64,000 bases of DNA from Gemmatales bacterium (GCA_041640595.1 JBEPZY010000001.1:160001-224000), one strand, 5' to 3'. Counted from the stretch's first letter, positions 1 through 10,745 are shown. Numbers and translations: made by a program. The notes: a model not told the origin generated them from the letters alone.

Positions 1-1
1 C

Positions 2-1474
2 CGCGATAAAGACGACCTGGCGTTTGTGTATTCGGTAGAAGTAACGGTACCGCCGGATTTCACTCAGCGGTTGCAATGGCGGCATAACGAGAAGGCGGCA
101 GTCATTATCGAACCTTACGTGGAACCACCTTTTCACATGCCGGAGCCGGGCCGGGAACCATTACGCCATCCGCCTGTCATTGTTGGTTCCGGGCCGGCAG
201 GGCTAGCCGCGGCTTATTTCCTGGCCCAATACGGTTACCGACCCCTGGTTCTGGAACGCGGCAAGGCGGTGCGCGAGCGTGTTGCTGATGTTCGCAGCTT
301 TGATGCCGGTGGCCCTCACGATCCGGAAAGCAACTACCTTTTTGGCGAAGGAGGAGCCGGTACCTTCAGCGATGGAAAGTTGACCTGTCGCAATTCCGGG
401 CCAGATGTTCGCCGCATCCTCGAGCTGTTCGCCGAGTGTAAAGGCAAGCCGTCCGTGGTTTATGAACATCGGCCGCACCTGGGCTCGAATCGCTTGCCCG
501 CCGTGGTCAAAGCCTTTCGCCAGCGCATTGAGCGAATGGGCGGTTCTTTCCGCTTCCAATGCCGTGTGGAAGACCTGGACATCGTGGATGGCCGAGTTCG
601 CGGGGTATGCACATCATCGGGTTACATTCCGGCTGAAGTGGTGGTGCTGGCAATTGGCCACAGTGCCCGGGATACTTATGCCATGCTGCTGCGGCGCGGA
701 TTGCCGTTGGTTCCCAAGCCTTTCCAGTTCGGTGTACGCATCGAACAACCTCAGGAAAACGTGAACCGCTATCAGTACGGCGAGAAAGCGCTGGAGGCGA
801 AACTTGGTGCCGCCGATTACTGCGTGGTGGTGCACGGTGGGGTGGATTTGTATTCGTTTTGCATGTGCGCAGGTGGCTACGTGATCCCGAGCGTATCCGA
901 GCCGGAACATTTTTGCACAAACGGCATGAGCTATTCCCGCCGCGATTCTCCTTTCGCTAACAGTGGCTTGGTGGTTACACTGGAACCGGAGCATTTTGGT
1001 TCGCCCCATCCGCTGGCCGGTGTGGAACTGCAACGGCGTTACGAACGCCGGGCGTGGGAACTGGGCAGGCGGCAATACTTTTGCCCGATTCAATGGGCAC
1101 GTGATTTCCTGGCGGGACGGCCCTCACGGGGAAAGTTGCCCAGCAGTTACCGCCGGGGTGTCGTGTCAGCCGAGATCGCCGAGGTGATTCCTCCCATCAT
1201 TCTGCAAGCACTGCAGCGCGGTTTACCGGTGCTCGATCGCCGCTGGGGTGGCTTGTTCTTACGGGAAGCCACGCTGGTTGGGCCGGAAGCTCGGGGCAGT
1301 TCTCCTGTGCGCATCCTCCGCGATGAGCAGAATCGGAACTGTCCGGGTTTTGAGGGCATTTATCCCATCGGCGAAGGTGCAGGATATGCCGGTGGCATCG
1401 TCAGCGCTGCTGTGGATGGTTTGCGTACCGCGCGTGCCATCATTGCTCGCTATGCCCCGCTGGACAAGCCGTAG
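2..1474 (+). CDS. FAD-dependent oxidoreductase (uncharacterised FAD dehydrogenase family), 5'-truncated by the window edge
   Basis: GSGPAG dinucleotide-binding motif, FGEGGAGTFSDGKL, FCMCAGG, GEGAGYAGGIVSAAVDG. The frame is open from base 2, so the true start lies upstream of the window. Confidence 0.85.
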   Translation, partial: RDKDDLAFVYSVEVTVPPDFTQRLQWRHNEKAAVIIEPYVEPPFHMPEPGREPLRHPPVIVGSGPAGLAAAYFLAQYGYRPLVLERGKAVRERVADVRSFDAGGPHDPESNYLFGEGGAGTFSDGKLTCRNSGPDVRRILELFAECKGKPSVVYEHRPHLGSNRLPAVVKAFRQRIERMGGSFRFQCRVEDLDIVDGRVRGVCTSSGYIPAEVVVLAIGHSARDTYAMLLRRGLPLVPKPFQFGVRIEQPQENVNRYQYGEKALEAKLGAADYCVVVHGGVDLYSFCMCAGGYVIPSVSEPEHFCTNGMSYSRRDSPFANSGLVVTLEPEHFGSPHPLAGVELQRRYERRAWELGRRQYFCPIQWARDFLAGRPSRGKLPSSYRRGVVSAEIAEVIPPIILQALQRGLPVLDRRWGGLFLREATLVGPEARGSSPVRILRDEQNRNCPGFEGIYPIGEGAGYAGGIVSAAVDGLRTARAIIARYAPLDKP

Positions 1475-1580
1475 GCCAAACCCAACCGAGGCGCATCCGC
1501 TTAGCAAAAAATTAGAAGCGGTCGCAGCACGCATACATTTGCGGCCTGGCCGAACTTTATCCGGCAAACCCAAACCGTGC

Positions 1581-2378
1581 TCAACCTGCGTGTTCATCGG
1601 ATTGCGGCGCGGTGGGAAGAGGTTCGATTTCGGCAATTTCTTCGGGAAGAAGCAAACGTGGCTCGCCGGCGATTTCCAGCACCAAACCGTCGAAACTCCA
1701 TTCGCGTAGTCGGCCCGTGCACCGTTCCCCGTTCGTCAGCAGCATCACCACCTCGCGCCCCCATAATCCCGAATACCACCGCCAGGCTGATTCGAGTTCT
1801 GCTACCTCTCCTTGAAGCAGTGTGACATATCCGGAATCAAGCCGCTCAATAAGAAGGTGACCGACATCGGTCACATTGAGAGACCGGTTCGTGAAACACG
1901 CCAGAGAACCAGCCTGGGGCAAACCGTGTTCGAGGAAGAACTGGGGTGGCGTGATAACGTTCAGCCCGATGCCAACGACAACGCCCTTGCTTTGTTCTAC
2001 CAGGATGCCGCAGACTTTTTTGCCCGCCAGGAGTACGTCATTGGGCCATTTGATGCGCGGTTGGCGTTGCGTGGTCAGATACACCGTTTCGCACACAGCA
2101 ACCGCTGCCCACGCGGTCAAAAAAACCGGTCGCTGGAAGCGCGGCGGAGGAAATACCACGACCGACAAAAGCACTGCTGAACCCGGCGAAGAAAGCCATC
2201 GGCGACCGAATCGCCCCCGCCCAGCCGTTTGCCAGTCTGCCCAGACCACCAGACCCTGATGACCAGGATCGTCGGCGTAAGTCAGCGCCAGAGTATTCGT
2301 GCTTTCCAGTACGTCGTATCTTCGTACTGGCCGACCGATGTAATTGGTTCCGAGATGGTATTCTGCAAGCAGAGGCAT
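1581..2378 (-). CDS. birA: Biotin--[acetyl-CoA-carboxylase] ligase (no N-terminal HTH)
   Basis: STN, QTAGRGRFGRRW, KWPND, KKVCGIL and GIGLNV motifs. Confidence 0.92.
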   Translation of the reverse strand: MPLLAEYHLGTNYIGRPVRRYDVLESTNTLALTYADDPGHQGLVVWADWQTAGRGRFGRRWLSSPGSAVLLSVVVFPPPRFQRPVFLTAWAAVAVCETVYLTTQRQPRIKWPNDVLLAGKKVCGILVEQSKGVVVGIGLNVITPPQFFLEHGLPQAGSLACFTNRSLNVTDVGHLLIERLDSGYVTLLQGEVAELESAWRWYSGLWGREVVMLLTNGERCTGRLREWSFDGLVLEIAGEPRLLLPEEIAEIEPLPTAPQSDEHAG

Positions 2379-2514
2379 GGCGGAGCGTCGCGCTAACCGG
2401 CCGACAGGCTGGCCGTGAATCTACTTGCTGACCAGGCATTTATTGCATAATATAAGCTCCACCCGCCGACAATTATTCCCACCACCCTGAAACTAACCCT
2501 ACCGGGAACCAGCC

Positions 2515-5013
2515 ATGCGGCGTTGCGACAGTAGATTGGCCGAATTGCCGAGGAATCGCGTCGCGGCAAGCGTGTGGCTGATTTTCACCTGTTTGTGCGC
2601 GTGTGTCTGGTACGGATACAGCGACCCACCGGATAGCGGTAAAACCGAAGATATCCCCTGGAAAGTTTGGCCGGATGAGCTGCAACTCGTAGGGGCTTGC
2701 GACGGAGCCCAGCTGGTCGTTTGCGAATCTGTCCAGGGCTCCTTTCGCGATCTGACCAGACGTGCGGAGTATCGTTGTGTACCGAGCGATCTGGTTCACG
2801 TGGACGCCAGTGGTTGGATCGAGCCCAAGCGCGACGGCTCAGGGCATGTGGAAGTGCGGGTGGCGGGTTTTACCCGAAAGGTTCCCGTCCGGGTGATCGG
2901 CTTGGCCGAGCCGCCGTCGGTTAGTTTCCATCGCCAGGTTATGGCGGCGTTGAACGTTGGTGGATGTAACGGTGGTACCTGCCACGGTTCCCCGAGCGGC
3001 AAGAATGGTTTTCGACTCAGCCTCTGGGGAGCCGAGCCGGCTTTCGACTACTTCGCACTGACACGCGAACTGGGCGGCAGACGGACCAGTGCCATTTCTC
3101 CCGGCGAAAGTTTGATCCTGCGGAAAGCTCTGGGTCGGATTCCACACGAAGGCGGTGTTCGTTTCTCGGCGGAGAGTTTACCGGCTCGCGTTCTCGAAAA
3201 CTGGTTGCGAAACGCCATGCCCAATGACTCTCCCGTTGCGGCACCGCCAAACCTCCAGGTGGAACCAGGCCACGCCGTGCTACGCGAACCCGAGCGACAG
3301 CTGCAACTGGCCGTGCGCGCAAACTTCCCTGGCGAGAACTGGCGCGATGTCACGCGACTTACTGTTTTCCAATCCAGCGATCCAACGCTGGCAGTGGTCA
3401 GTCCGACTGGTCTGGTCACGTTCCGCCGCGCTGGTGAGGTAGCGATTTTGTGCCGTTACCTCACAGCCACGACAGTGGTGCGGCTGGCATGCTTGCAACC
3501 GCGAACCGATTTTGCCTGGCAAGCACCTCCCGAAAAGAACACCGTTGACCGATTCGTTTTTGCTAAACTGCGGCAATTGCAGATTCGCCCAGCCGCGCTT
3601 TGCTCGGATAGCGTTTTCCTGCGACGGGTTTATTTGGATCTTCTGGGCCGACTGCCCAGCGTTGCGGAGACGCAGGCCTTTTTGAACGATGCCGACCCGC
3701 AGAAACGCGAAAAACTGGTGGATAGGCTGCTGGCAGACCCGGAGTTTGCCGAGTTTTGGACTCGCAAATGGCTGGATGTGCTTCGGGCCAATCAGAAACG
3801 GTTGCCGCTCGACGTGCTGGTAGGTTTCCAGCGCTGGTGGCAACAGCATCTTCACCACAACACGCCTTTCGACCAGCTGGTCCGTCAATTGCTGACCGCC
3901 ACAGGCGACACGCTCAAGTCCCCGGCTGCCGCTTATTTTACCATCCATGCCACGCCGGAAGACCTGGCAGAAACCACGGCTCAGGTATTCCTTGGTGTGC
4001 GGATCGGCTGTGCACGTTGCCATAACCATCCCTTTGAGCGCTGGACGCAAGAGGATTACTACGGACTGGCCGCTTGTTTCGCCCGCGTGGACCGGCGTAA
4101 CGAGGGCAAAGCAAATCGCCGCCAGCCTGTGGTGCAGACTATCGCCGATAAGAACGATGGCGAAGTACTCCATCCGCGCACTGGTCGGCCCGTACCCCCA
4201 AAACCGTTGCTGGGCGCTTCGCCGTTCCCCGCCAGCATGAATCGCCGGGCTGCTCTGGCCGATTGGGTTACCGCCAGGGATAATCCGTTTTTTGCCCGCG
4301 CCCTGGCCAATCGCATCTGGTATCACTTATTCGGCTCAGGCATCATTGACCCGCCCGACGATCTTCGCGACACCAATCCTCCCAGTAACGATGCACTGTT
4401 GGATTTTCTGGCTGGTGAATTAGCTGCGCACCAGTTTGATTGCAAACACCTGATCCGGCTTATCGTATGCTCGGCTACTTACCAGCTAGCCAGCGAACCT
4501 GCCTCGGAGAACACTGAAGAATTTCGGCTGTTTGCGAGGGTTCGCCCGCGACTGTTGACCGCTGAGCAACTGCTGGATGCAATTAGCCAGGTAACAGAGG
4601 TTCCCGAATCCTTCGCAAATTTTTCCGGCGTGCGGCGTGCCGTGGCGCTTCCCGATAGTGTTCCCGGGCACCCGTTTCTAAGTGCTTTCGGTCAACCGCC
4701 CCGTGAATTGCCCTGTGAGTGTGAGCGCCATACCGAACCTAACCTCGCCCAGGCGTTGCAATTAGTTAGCGGTTCGACGGTGCACAAAAAGGTTACCGCC
4801 CCTAATAATCGCCTGGGACGCTTGCTTCAGGCAAAAGTGTCGGACGAAGATATCCTGGCGGAACTATACTTAGCAGCTTTCAGTCGCCTGCCCACGGAGT
4901 CGGAGAAGCAGGCTGTCCTCCGGGCTGTGCGAGAGCAGATTGACCGCCGGTCTGCCTGGGAGGATGTTCTCTGGACATTGCTCAATTCGAGCGAATTCCT
5001 GTACCGCCCATGA
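2515..5013 (+). CDS. DUF1549/DUF1553 domain protein with Ig-like (BIG2-type) segments
   Basis: FLRRVYLDLLGRLP, CARCHNHPF, NPFFARALANRIW and AWEDVLWTLLNSSEF are typical of planctomycete DUF1549/1553 proteins; extra CNGGTCHG motif. Confidence 0.85.
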   Translation: MRRCDSRLAELPRNRVAASVWLIFTCLCACVWYGYSDPPDSGKTEDIPWKVWPDELQLVGACDGAQLVVCESVQGSFRDLTRRAEYRCVPSDLVHVDASGWIEPKRDGSGHVEVRVAGFTRKVPVRVIGLAEPPSVSFHRQVMAALNVGGCNGGTCHGSPSGKNGFRLSLWGAEPAFDYFALTRELGGRRTSAISPGESLILRKALGRIPHEGGVRFSAESLPARVLENWLRNAMPNDSPVAAPPNLQVEPGHAVLREPERQLQLAVRANFPGENWRDVTRLTVFQSSDPTLAVVSPTGLVTFRRAGEVAILCRYLTATTVVRLACLQPRTDFAWQAPPEKNTVDRFVFAKLRQLQIRPAALCSDSVFLRRVYLDLLGRLPSVAETQAFLNDADPQKREKLVDRLLADPEFAEFWTRKWLDVLRANQKRLPLDVLVGFQRWWQQHLHHNTPFDQLVRQLLTATGDTLKSPAAAYFTIHATPEDLAETTAQVFLGVRIGCARCHNHPFERWTQEDYYGLAACFARVDRRNEGKANRRQPVVQTIADKNDGEVLHPRTGRPVPPKPLLGASPFPASMNRRAALADWVTARDNPFFARALANRIWYHLFGSGIIDPPDDLRDTNPPSNDALLDFLAGELAAHQFDCKHLIRLIVCSATYQLASEPASENTEEFRLFARVRPRLLTAEQLLDAISQVTEVPESFANFSGVRRAVALPDSVPGHPFLSAFGQPPRELPCECERHTEPNLAQALQLVSGSTVHKKVTAPNNRLGRLLQAKVSDEDILAELYLAAFSRLPTESEKQAVLRAVREQIDRRSAWEDVLWTLLNSSEFLYRP

Positions 5014-6410
5014 TGGAAAGAAGGCTAGCTATGCGCTACGATCAACGCTTAGAGCTTACCCGTCGTCAGTTCCTGCACGTGGGTATAGGCGGGATTCTAG
5101 GTCTAAGTCTGGAGCAATTCCTTCAAGCCGAGGCCCAGGCGAAACTTAGTGGCAAGCGCACGCCCAAATCGCTCATCTTTTTATTTCTTTACGGTGGCCC
5201 CAGCCAGATTGACACCTGGGACATGAAACCCGATGCGCCTGTGGAATATCGCGGGGAATTTAAGCCGCTTTCTCCGCCGATTCCAGGACTATATATGTGC
5301 GAATACCTGCCGAAAATGGCCAGCTGGGCGAAGCGATTTAGTGTCATTCGCACATTGCACCATAATAATCGCAATCACCAGCCCGCTGGCTGCCGGCTGT
5401 TTACAGGTGTTGATCCCGGCAGCGACAACGCAGGGCAACTTGCACCGAAACCGGATGACCCACCGGCACTGGGTTCCCTTGCAGTAAAGGTTGCTCCTCC
5501 AAAAAGGGCACTGGTACCACCCTTCGTTATGCTTCCGGCACGGCTGCACGATCAGGGTTCAGCATTCAAGGGTCAGCATGCCGGCTGGCTTGGCCCAGCT
5601 TACGATCCATTGTTGATTGAACAAGATCCGGCCAGTGCCAGCTTTCGCGTCGAAGGTTTTAGCTTGCCAGGTAACTTGACTTTGCAGCAATTACAACGTC
5701 GCCGGGAACTGCTGGAACAACTCGACCCTCTGGCTAAGTCCGATCCGCATCGGGCAGCCCTGCGACAGTTCCAGAAGCAGGCACTGGATTTGCTCCTTTC
5801 TAATCAAGGTCGTTCTGCATTTGATTTACAGGCAGAACCAGACAAAGTGCGGGACCGCTACGGAAGAAATCGTTTCGGCCAGGGCTGTCTGCTGGCTCGT
5901 CGGTTGATTGAGGCCGGTGCTCGCGTGGTAACCGTTTCTGATTGCACTGCGAATGGGCACCACGAATGGGATACGCATAACAATAACTTCAAAAGGTTGA
6001 AGGATGTCCTGCTGCCGCGACTGGATCAAGCATTTAGTGCCTTGATGGAAGACTTGGAATCACGCGGTTTATTAGAGGAAACCGTCGTTTATGTAGGTGG
6101 CGAATTTGGTCGCACACCGCGCGTAGGCCAGGCTGGGTTTAGCGGTGCCGGTGCCAGTAAGGATGGTCGCGATCATTATCCGAACTGTTTCCCAGGGATT
6201 CTCGCGGGTGGCTATGTGCAACCGGGAGTGCTTTATGGCGAATCCGACGGCAAGGCAGCCTATCCTGCTAAAGACCCGGTTCGCATTGAAGATTTGGTGG
6301 CGACGATCTTTGCTGCCATGGGGCTGGACCCGCATGCTACTGTAACCAGCCTGGACGGTCGCCCCATGCCATTAACTCACGGTCAGCCTATTGCCGCTTT
6401 ATTACGCTGA
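5010..6410 (+). CDS. DUF1501 domain protein (Tat-type RR leader)
   Basis: TRRQFL, GGPSQIDTWDMKP, CLLARRLIEAG, WDTH, GEFGRTP, GRDH; ATGA overlap with the upstream gene. Confidence 0.9.
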   Translation: MMERRLAMRYDQRLELTRRQFLHVGIGGILGLSLEQFLQAEAQAKLSGKRTPKSLIFLFLYGGPSQIDTWDMKPDAPVEYRGEFKPLSPPIPGLYMCEYLPKMASWAKRFSVIRTLHHNNRNHQPAGCRLFTGVDPGSDNAGQLAPKPDDPPALGSLAVKVAPPKRALVPPFVMLPARLHDQGSAFKGQHAGWLGPAYDPLLIEQDPASASFRVEGFSLPGNLTLQQLQRRRELLEQLDPLAKSDPHRAALRQFQKQALDLLLSNQGRSAFDLQAEPDKVRDRYGRNRFGQGCLLARRLIEAGARVVTVSDCTANGHHEWDTHNNNFKRLKDVLLPRLDQAFSALMEDLESRGLLEETVVYVGGEFGRTPRVGQAGFSGAGASKDGRDHYPNCFPGILAGGYVQPGVLYGESDGKAAYPAKDPVRIEDLVATIFAAMGLDPHATVTSLDGRPMPLTHGQPIAALLR

Positions 6411-6432
6411 CTGCTCAGCAAGGAGATTATCT

Positions 6433-7437
6433 ATGCCGCACCAGCACATTGTGCCAGTATCTAACTTCCCTGGCACTAAGCATCTCACGGAAGTTATCGC
6501 AGTCTGGCTCCTGGCCCTTGGTTTCATTAAATGTGGCTTTGTGCAACAGGATGGCGGAATCGGTACTATTATCCCCAAAGACGCGAAACTTGAACGTGTT
6601 TGGAATGAAGGCGTGTTTACCGAAGGGCCAGCCTATGGTCCTGACCATTGCGTTTATTTCTCCGATATAGGAAACCGCATCATGAAGTTTGACCCGGCTA
6701 CGGGAAAAACAACTGTTTACCGGGAACCTAGCGGCAAGGCAAACGGACTGTGCTTCGACAAACTGGGGCGCTTATTGGCTTGCGAGGGTGCCAATGGTGG
6801 CAATCGCCGAATTAGTATCACCGAAAAAGACGGCAAGGTGCGTACACTTGCCGACACCTGGCAGGGGAAGCGTTTCAACAGTCCGAATGACTTAGATATA
6901 GATACGCACGGGCGTATTTACTTTTCCGATCCTCGCTATGTCGGCAACGAACCTCGGGAAATTGATAAGGAGGCTGTTTATCGAATCGATCCAGATGGAA
7001 AAGTTGTGCAGCTTATCACCGATGTGCAAAAACCCAACGGGGTTGCTGTGGCACCGGATGGCAAAACGCTCTATGTAGCTGACAACAATCCAGAACCAGG
7101 CGGTGCGCGGCTCTTACTGGCTTATCCACTGGATAACAACGGTAACGTTGGGCCGAGGAAAGTTCTTTACGACTTCGGCAAAGAACGTGGCATTGATGGC
7201 ATGTGTCTGGACGAACAGGGAAACATCTACGCTACGGCCGGCGCCGGGGCTAAAGGGGGCGTATATGTTTTCAGTCCTCAGGGAAAGTTGCTGTTTTTCT
7301 TGCCGGTTCCGGAGACTCCGACCAATTGTACGTTCGGCGACCGCGATCGAAAAACCCTTTATATCACCGCCGGTAGGTCTCTTTATCGCATACGCACAAA
7401 CGTCCGTGGCTATGCCGTTTACTGGCCAGGTGAGTAA
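6433..7437 (+). CDS. SMP-30/gluconolactonase/LRE family protein
   Basis: TEGP, NSPNDL, PNG, DGM, PTNCTFG motifs; AGGAG RBS before ATG 6433. Confidence 0.9.
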   Translation: MPHQHIVPVSNFPGTKHLTEVIAVWLLALGFIKCGFVQQDGGIGTIIPKDAKLERVWNEGVFTEGPAYGPDHCVYFSDIGNRIMKFDPATGKTTVYREPSGKANGLCFDKLGRLLACEGANGGNRRISITEKDGKVRTLADTWQGKRFNSPNDLDIDTHGRIYFSDPRYVGNEPREIDKEAVYRIDPDGKVVQLITDVQKPNGVAVAPDGKTLYVADNNPEPGGARLLLAYPLDNNGNVGPRKVLYDFGKERGIDGMCLDEQGNIYATAGAGAKGGVYVFSPQGKLLFFLPVPETPTNCTFGDRDRKTLYITAGRSLYRIRTNVRGYAVYWPGE

Positions 7438-7630
7438 GTTACACCGGCACAAATCAGTTTTCCACTGGTAAGGTGCATGAGCTCGCGCGAACAAAGAGAC
7501 CCTTATATTTTCGGGAATTGCCCGCTATACACTGCGGCTTACGTTTATTCAGAACCTAGACGCGAATAACTCGCCGGATGGCAGATATAGATGTCGAGCG
7601 GGCACCTCTTCATGATTCTATTCGCGTGAG

Positions 7631-8431
7631 CTATTGGGTTTTGGTGATTTTGAATAGGCGGAGGGCGTTAGCCGTGGTAGTTGCAGCTAATGCTTCGGGT
7701 TCGGTATTGCGGACTTGAGCGAGACAGTGCAGCGTATGGAGGATGTAAGCGGGTTCATTGCGCTGCTTTTTACCACGCAGCGGCACCGGCACTAAATAGG
7801 GGCTGTCTGTTTCGATGAGTAACTGGGATTCCGGAACACGCCTGGCGACCTGCCGCAACGACTCGGCATTTTTGTAAGTCAGCATGCCGGCAAAGGAAAT
7901 ATATAGGCCTAATTGCAGACCCAGCTCGGCAGTCTCCCAGGTGCCGCTAAAAGAGTGAAGGATGCCACGCAGGAGACCGTGGCTTCTGTATTCCTGTTCC
8001 AGAAGCTGGCGTAAATCGGCTTCGGCTTCACGGCAATGAATAACAACAGGCAAACCCGTCCGGCGACTTAGTTCCAAATGTCGGCGGAAGTATTCCTGCT
8101 GCACGTCGAAGGGGGTGTAATGCCAGTGGCGATCGAGTCCGGTTTCGCCCAGTGCGACCACGCGCGGGTGCTGCACCAGGTGCTCGATTTTACGCCAGTC
8201 GTCAGGCGCTGCTTGAGCAGCATAGTTGGGATGGATTCCGACCGCCGCCCACACCAGCGGAAAAGCCTCGGCCAGACGAATTGCTGCTTCGCTGCTGGTC
8301 GCGCTTACCCCGACGGTAAGGATACCTGCCAGGCCAGCCGACTCTGCTCGCTGGATTACTTCGGCTATATCCTCGGCAAACGCAGATTCATCGAGGTGCG
8401 CATGGGTATCGAACAACGACAGGTTGGCCAT
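7631..8431 (-). CDS. tatD: TatD family hydrolase/DNase
   Basis: DTHAH, GIHP, GETGLD, IHCREA, HSFSG, ETDSPYL, NEP. Confidence 0.93.
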   Translation of the reverse strand: MANLSLFDTHAHLDESAFAEDIAEVIQRAESAGLAGILTVGVSATSSEAAIRLAEAFPLVWAAVGIHPNYAAQAAPDDWRKIEHLVQHPRVVALGETGLDRHWHYTPFDVQQEYFRRHLELSRRTGLPVVIHCREAEADLRQLLEQEYRSHGLLRGILHSFSGTWETAELGLQLGLYISFAGMLTYKNAESLRQVARRVPESQLLIETDSPYLVPVPLRGKKQRNEPAYILHTLHCLAQVRNTEPEALAATTTANALRLFKITKTQ

Positions 8432-8437
8432 AGTACT

Positions 8438-8902
8438 TTACCTGGTAGCAACCTTCTGGCCAGGGCTGTAGCGTTGTTGCAACGCGCGAAGCTTTTCCAG
8501 GTGGTTTCGCTTCATTTGCAGCATTTGCTCAATCAGGTTTCGGGCTTCGGAATCATCAAGTTGGGCGAGGTCTTTTTCCAGTTCCTGGATCAGCCACTGC
8601 TGGTAATTCACCAATCGGGGCAATAGATGACCGAGGGAAACGAAATGACTTTCTGTGAATCGCTCGTCAAAAACAGCGCTGGCCAGCACTCCTTTACGCC
8701 GCACGATAAACTCCGCCAGGCGTTGCAACATCTTTTGTTCTTCGTCAATCATGCGGCTGACTTCCTTCCAGACAGCCCGGCCATCGGCATCGGTCCAAAC
8801 CCAGGCATCTTTGAGGTACTGCAAAAAGGAGACCTTTTCCCGCGCGAAGATGCGGTTAAGAACAGTGAGCGTGGCTGGTAAAGATGGGGCCAGAGCACTC
8901 AT
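8438..8902 (-). CDS. Hypothetical helical protein, possibly ferritin-like fold
   Basis: Sits between nuoN (ATGA overlap) and tatD (6 bp gap); amphipathic helices. The fold is an inference. Confidence 0.65.
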   Translation of the reverse strand: MSALAPSLPATLTVLNRIFAREKVSFLQYLKDAWVWTDADGRAVWKEVSRMIDEEQKMLQRLAEFIVRRKGVLASAVFDERFTESHFVSLGHLLPRLVNYQQWLIQELEKDLAQLDDSEARNLIEQMLQMKRNHLEKLRALQQRYSPGQKVATR

Positions 8903-10506
8903 GGGCGTTGCACAGTCCTGACCGGATTGATTTCGTGGAATGCGCTAAGCGCTTTGTGGGCACCACTACTTAGCGGGTCCCAGAAGAAAATGCCGATAAG
9001 CAGCACCAATGCTAATAAGCCCGTGTAAGCCAGGGCCAAAGACGAAACAGGTTTACTCACGGGCAGCTCGCCGGGTCTATGCAAGACCATGACCTTGAGC
9101 ACATTGACGTAATAGAACAGACTCAGCACGGTGTTGAGCAGTCCGAGTGCCAGAAGCACCAGCAGGCCGGTTTGTTGTTGCGATTGCCAAGCGTGATAGA
9201 CGGCAGCGAAGATTTGAAACTTAGCCATGTAACCGGCTAAGGGAGGTATGCCAACCAGGCTCAGTAAAAAGATCGCCATGGTAACCGTCAGCCAGGGAGC
9301 GCGATAAACCAGTCCGCCATAAGCAGAGAGGTCTTCGCTGCCGATCAGATTGCGAAGAAGTGCCACCACCGCAAATGCTCCCAGGTTCATGAAGAAATAA
9401 ATGGCCAGATAAAACAGGGCGGCCTCGATGCCTTCTCGCGTCAGAGCGCATAGTCCCATCATCATGTACCCGGCATGGGCAATGGTCGAGTACGCAAGCA
9501 AGCGCTTGAGGTTAGTTTGTGCGTAAGCAGCGAGGTTGCCAAAAGTCATCGTCAGTGCTGATAGGAACACCAGAGCGGGGCCGAGATACCAGCTCAGCCT
9601 GGCCCAATGTTGTGGCAAAAGATCAGCTTCCTCGATGCGCATGCCGCCCAGGAACGCGAGTAACACGCGGCCCAGCAGAGCCACCGCGGCTCCTTTGGAA
9701 GCGACGGATAAGAATCCAGCCACTTCCGCAGAAGCACCGGCAAACACATCCGGACACCAGAAATGGAAAGGCACGGCGGCCAGCTTGAAACCGATGCCGG
9801 CCAGCAACAACAGCAGACCGATCAGGGTGACGGCATCGAAGGACTGAGCGGCGAAAGTAGCGGCCACGGAAGCCGCGACGTCCGGTAGAAAGCCGCTGCC
9901 ACATTTGCCCGCGAGGATGCTGATCCCGTAAAGCATCAAACCGGATGCCCCGCCACCATACACGACATACTTCAGGGCAGCTTCGCTGGAGTCGCGGCGC
10001 GTTTTCAGGAATCCAGCCAGAGCGTAACTGGGCAAGCTGGCCATTTCGACCGCAATGTACACCATCAGCAAGTGGCTGGCCGATGCCATGAGCATCATGC
10101 CCAGGGTAGCACCCAGCAGGAGCACGTAAAAATCGGCCGCGTCGTCCGGATCGGGCACACCGCTCAGCAAGCAAAGTCCCACCATGAACAAACCGAACGC
10201 CGTCAAAAACAAGCGCACGTACACCGTAAACGCATCGTAGGCCAGCATGTTAGCGAACAAATAACGGGTTTGGCTCAGCCCACTGCTGGCAGGTTCGAGG
10301 CTCAGGTCGCTGACCCACTGCCACCAGGCGACGACCAGAGAAACACCCAGCACCGAAGCAGCCAGACCACCAAACGGGACTCGCTCACTGCCGCGGAACA
10401 TCCGTACCACTAAGAGCAAGAGAATGCCAAGAACGACAATGGCCTCCGGCCCAAAAGCAAGCAAGTCTCGCCGCAGGGTAGTGAGCAGTAGTTCGGGCGT
10501 CGTCAT
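8899..10506 (-). CDS. nuoN: NADH-quinone oxidoreductase subunit N
   Basis: Multi-TM; SSEAALKY, GFKLAAVPFHFWCPDV, GNLAAYAQTNLKRLLAYSTIAHAGY, GIPPLAG. Confidence 0.92.
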   Translation of the reverse strand: MTTPELLLTTLRRDLLAFGPEAIVVLGILLLLVVRMFRGSERVPFGGLAASVLGVSLVVAWWQWVSDLSLEPASSGLSQTRYLFANMLAYDAFTVYVRLFLTAFGLFMVGLCLLSGVPDPDDAADFYVLLLGATLGMMLMASASHLLMVYIAVEMASLPSYALAGFLKTRRDSSEAALKYVVYGGGASGLMLYGISILAGKCGSGFLPDVAASVAATFAAQSFDAVTLIGLLLLLAGIGFKLAAVPFHFWCPDVFAGASAEVAGFLSVASKGAAVALLGRVLLAFLGGMRIEEADLLPQHWARLSWYLGPALVFLSALTMTFGNLAAYAQTNLKRLLAYSTIAHAGYMMMGLCALTREGIEAALFYLAIYFFMNLGAFAVVALLRNLIGSEDLSAYGGLVYRAPWLTVTMAIFLLSLVGIPPLAGYMAKFQIFAAVYHAWQSQQQTGLLVLLALGLLNTVLSLFYYVNVLKVMVLHRPGELPVSKPVSSLALAYTGLLALVLLIGIFFWDPLSSGAHKALSAFHEINPVRTVQRP

Positions 10507-10745
10507 ATCTAGTCCTGAGCCTGATGGGAAGTTTTACTTACCAGCCACCAGCATGCAGCCCACACCTCAGCCAGTGGTTGTGGCACTTCCGATTGTGCCT
10601 TTGCAGGCCACGTTCTTTCGAGAGGTTCGTATTCGCGTGTACGATTTTCGTATCTTTTTTACTGGCCAAGCCAGGGTTGACCAGTCTGCCCGAAATCCAC
10701 GGCCTTCTCAAGCGGGCTCGAGCACCGTACAGTCGGGCTGGAAAA

